Source of the DNA: Phoronis australis
Lineage: Eukaryota > Animalia > Phoronida
Assembly: GCA_002633005.1 (NCBI GenBank)
Contig: NMRA01000027.1
Coordinates: 91,436 to 123,834 of the forward strand
Length of the DNA: 32,399 nucleotides
Direction of reading: 5' to 3'
A model generated the notes under the pieces. That model worked only from the letters and a program-made list of their open reading frames with translations. It was not told where the DNA came from and searched no databases. This document shows, one piece after another, positions 31,501 to 32,399 of the stretch (the stretch's first letter is position 1; the number at the start of each line of letters is the position of its first letter). Both the position numbers and the translations under genes were made by a program.

Positions 31501-32399
31501 CTCGAAAAACCGAAAATTTTACGGAGATTCCGCCTCCTCAGTTCAAACGTCTATTGCTGAAAAACTAACCGTTGAAAATCGATGCCCCTCCGTTCCTAGG
31601 TACTCTGGCCCTCCATCAATAGAGCAAAGGAAAAAGAATTGACTTTCAACGGTTGAGTTTTCGTCAATTGGCGCAAAATCTCGCACGACTTTGCCCTACC
31701 CTGAAAAACCGAGAATTTTACGGAGATTCCGCCTCCTCAACTCAAAGGTCTATTGCTGGAAAACAAACCGTTGGAAATCGATGCCCCTCCGTTCCTGGGT
31801 ACTCTGGCCCACCATCAGTAGAGGAAAAGAAAAAACCCTCCATCACTGGAGGAAAAGAAAAAGAATTGACTTTCAACGGTTGAGTTTTCGTCAATTGGCT
31901 CAAAACCGCGCACTACTTTGCCCTACCCCGAAAAACCGAGAATTTTGCGGAGATTCCGCCTCCTCAATTCAAACGTCTATTGCCGGAAAACTAACCATTG
32001 AAAATCGATGCCCCTCCGTTCCTTGGTCCTCTGGCCCTCCTTCAGTAGAGGAATAGAAAAAGAATTGACTTTCAGGAATTAAGTTTTCGTCAATTGGCGC
32101 AAAACCGCGCACGACTTTGCCCTACCTCGAAAAACCGAGAATTTTACGGAGATTCCGCCTCCTCAGTTGAAACGTTAATTGCCGGAAAACTAACTGTTGA
32201 AAATCGATGCTCTTCCGTTCCAAGGTCCTCTGGCCCTCCATCAGTAGAGGAAAAGAAAAAGAATTGACTTGCAACGGTTGAGTTTTCGTCAATTGCCGCA
32301 AAACCGCGCACTACTTTGCCCTACCCCGAAAAACCGAGAATTTTACGGAGTTTCCGCCTCCTCAGTTGAAACGTCTATTGCCGGAAAACTAACTGTTGA
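19557..32399 (+). repeat. 198-bp satellite, main array (about 60-65 monomers, runs off the window)
   Basis: The CTATTG marker recurs at 23101, 23299 and 23499 (198 and 200 bp apart). The consensus counted by hand is 198 bp. The array is interrupted at 30397-30737. Confidence 0.97.
30397..30737. other. ~340-bp non-satellite insert in the array, probably a fragment of an interspersed repeat
   Basis: No similarity to the monomer. It has several RGGTCA/TGACCT motifs. The satellite resumes in a different monomer phase and no TSD is evident. Confidence 0.6.

Noticed and set aside
16973-32056. Dozens of similar 60-147 aa ORFs that look like a tandem gene family
   Set aside because: They are translations of the 198-bp satellite, mostly with non-ATG starts, frame-breaking A-tract indels and no recognisable domain.

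Overview
This is repeat-saturated eukaryotic DNA, most likely from an invertebrate animal, with a heterochromatin-like character. I cannot support any intact cellular gene. About 1-15.7 kb is a nested set of decayed mobile elements: an internally deleted Ty3/Gypsy element with PPT and a 168-bp LTR, two degenerate LINEs, a Kolobok-like fragment with convergent THAP and P2X7-ballast/KolX-like ORF remnants, MITE ends, and a BEL/Pao pol interrupted by a Penelope-like element whose 3' end carries a minimal hammerhead ribozyme. An old, diverged array of a ~200-bp satellite lies at 9.4-11.4 kb. From 15.7 kb to the end the window is satellite DNA: a 31-bp minisatellite abutting a long 198-bp satellite whose monomers each contain a pair of ~33-bp inverted arms. 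Single Ns (2953, 7176, 16369, 18665, 28713) probably mark contig joins, and two duplications next to them look like assembly or haplotype effects. The many ORFs beyond 16 kb are satellite read-through, not genes. All family calls rest on motif recognition by eye, without database searches.
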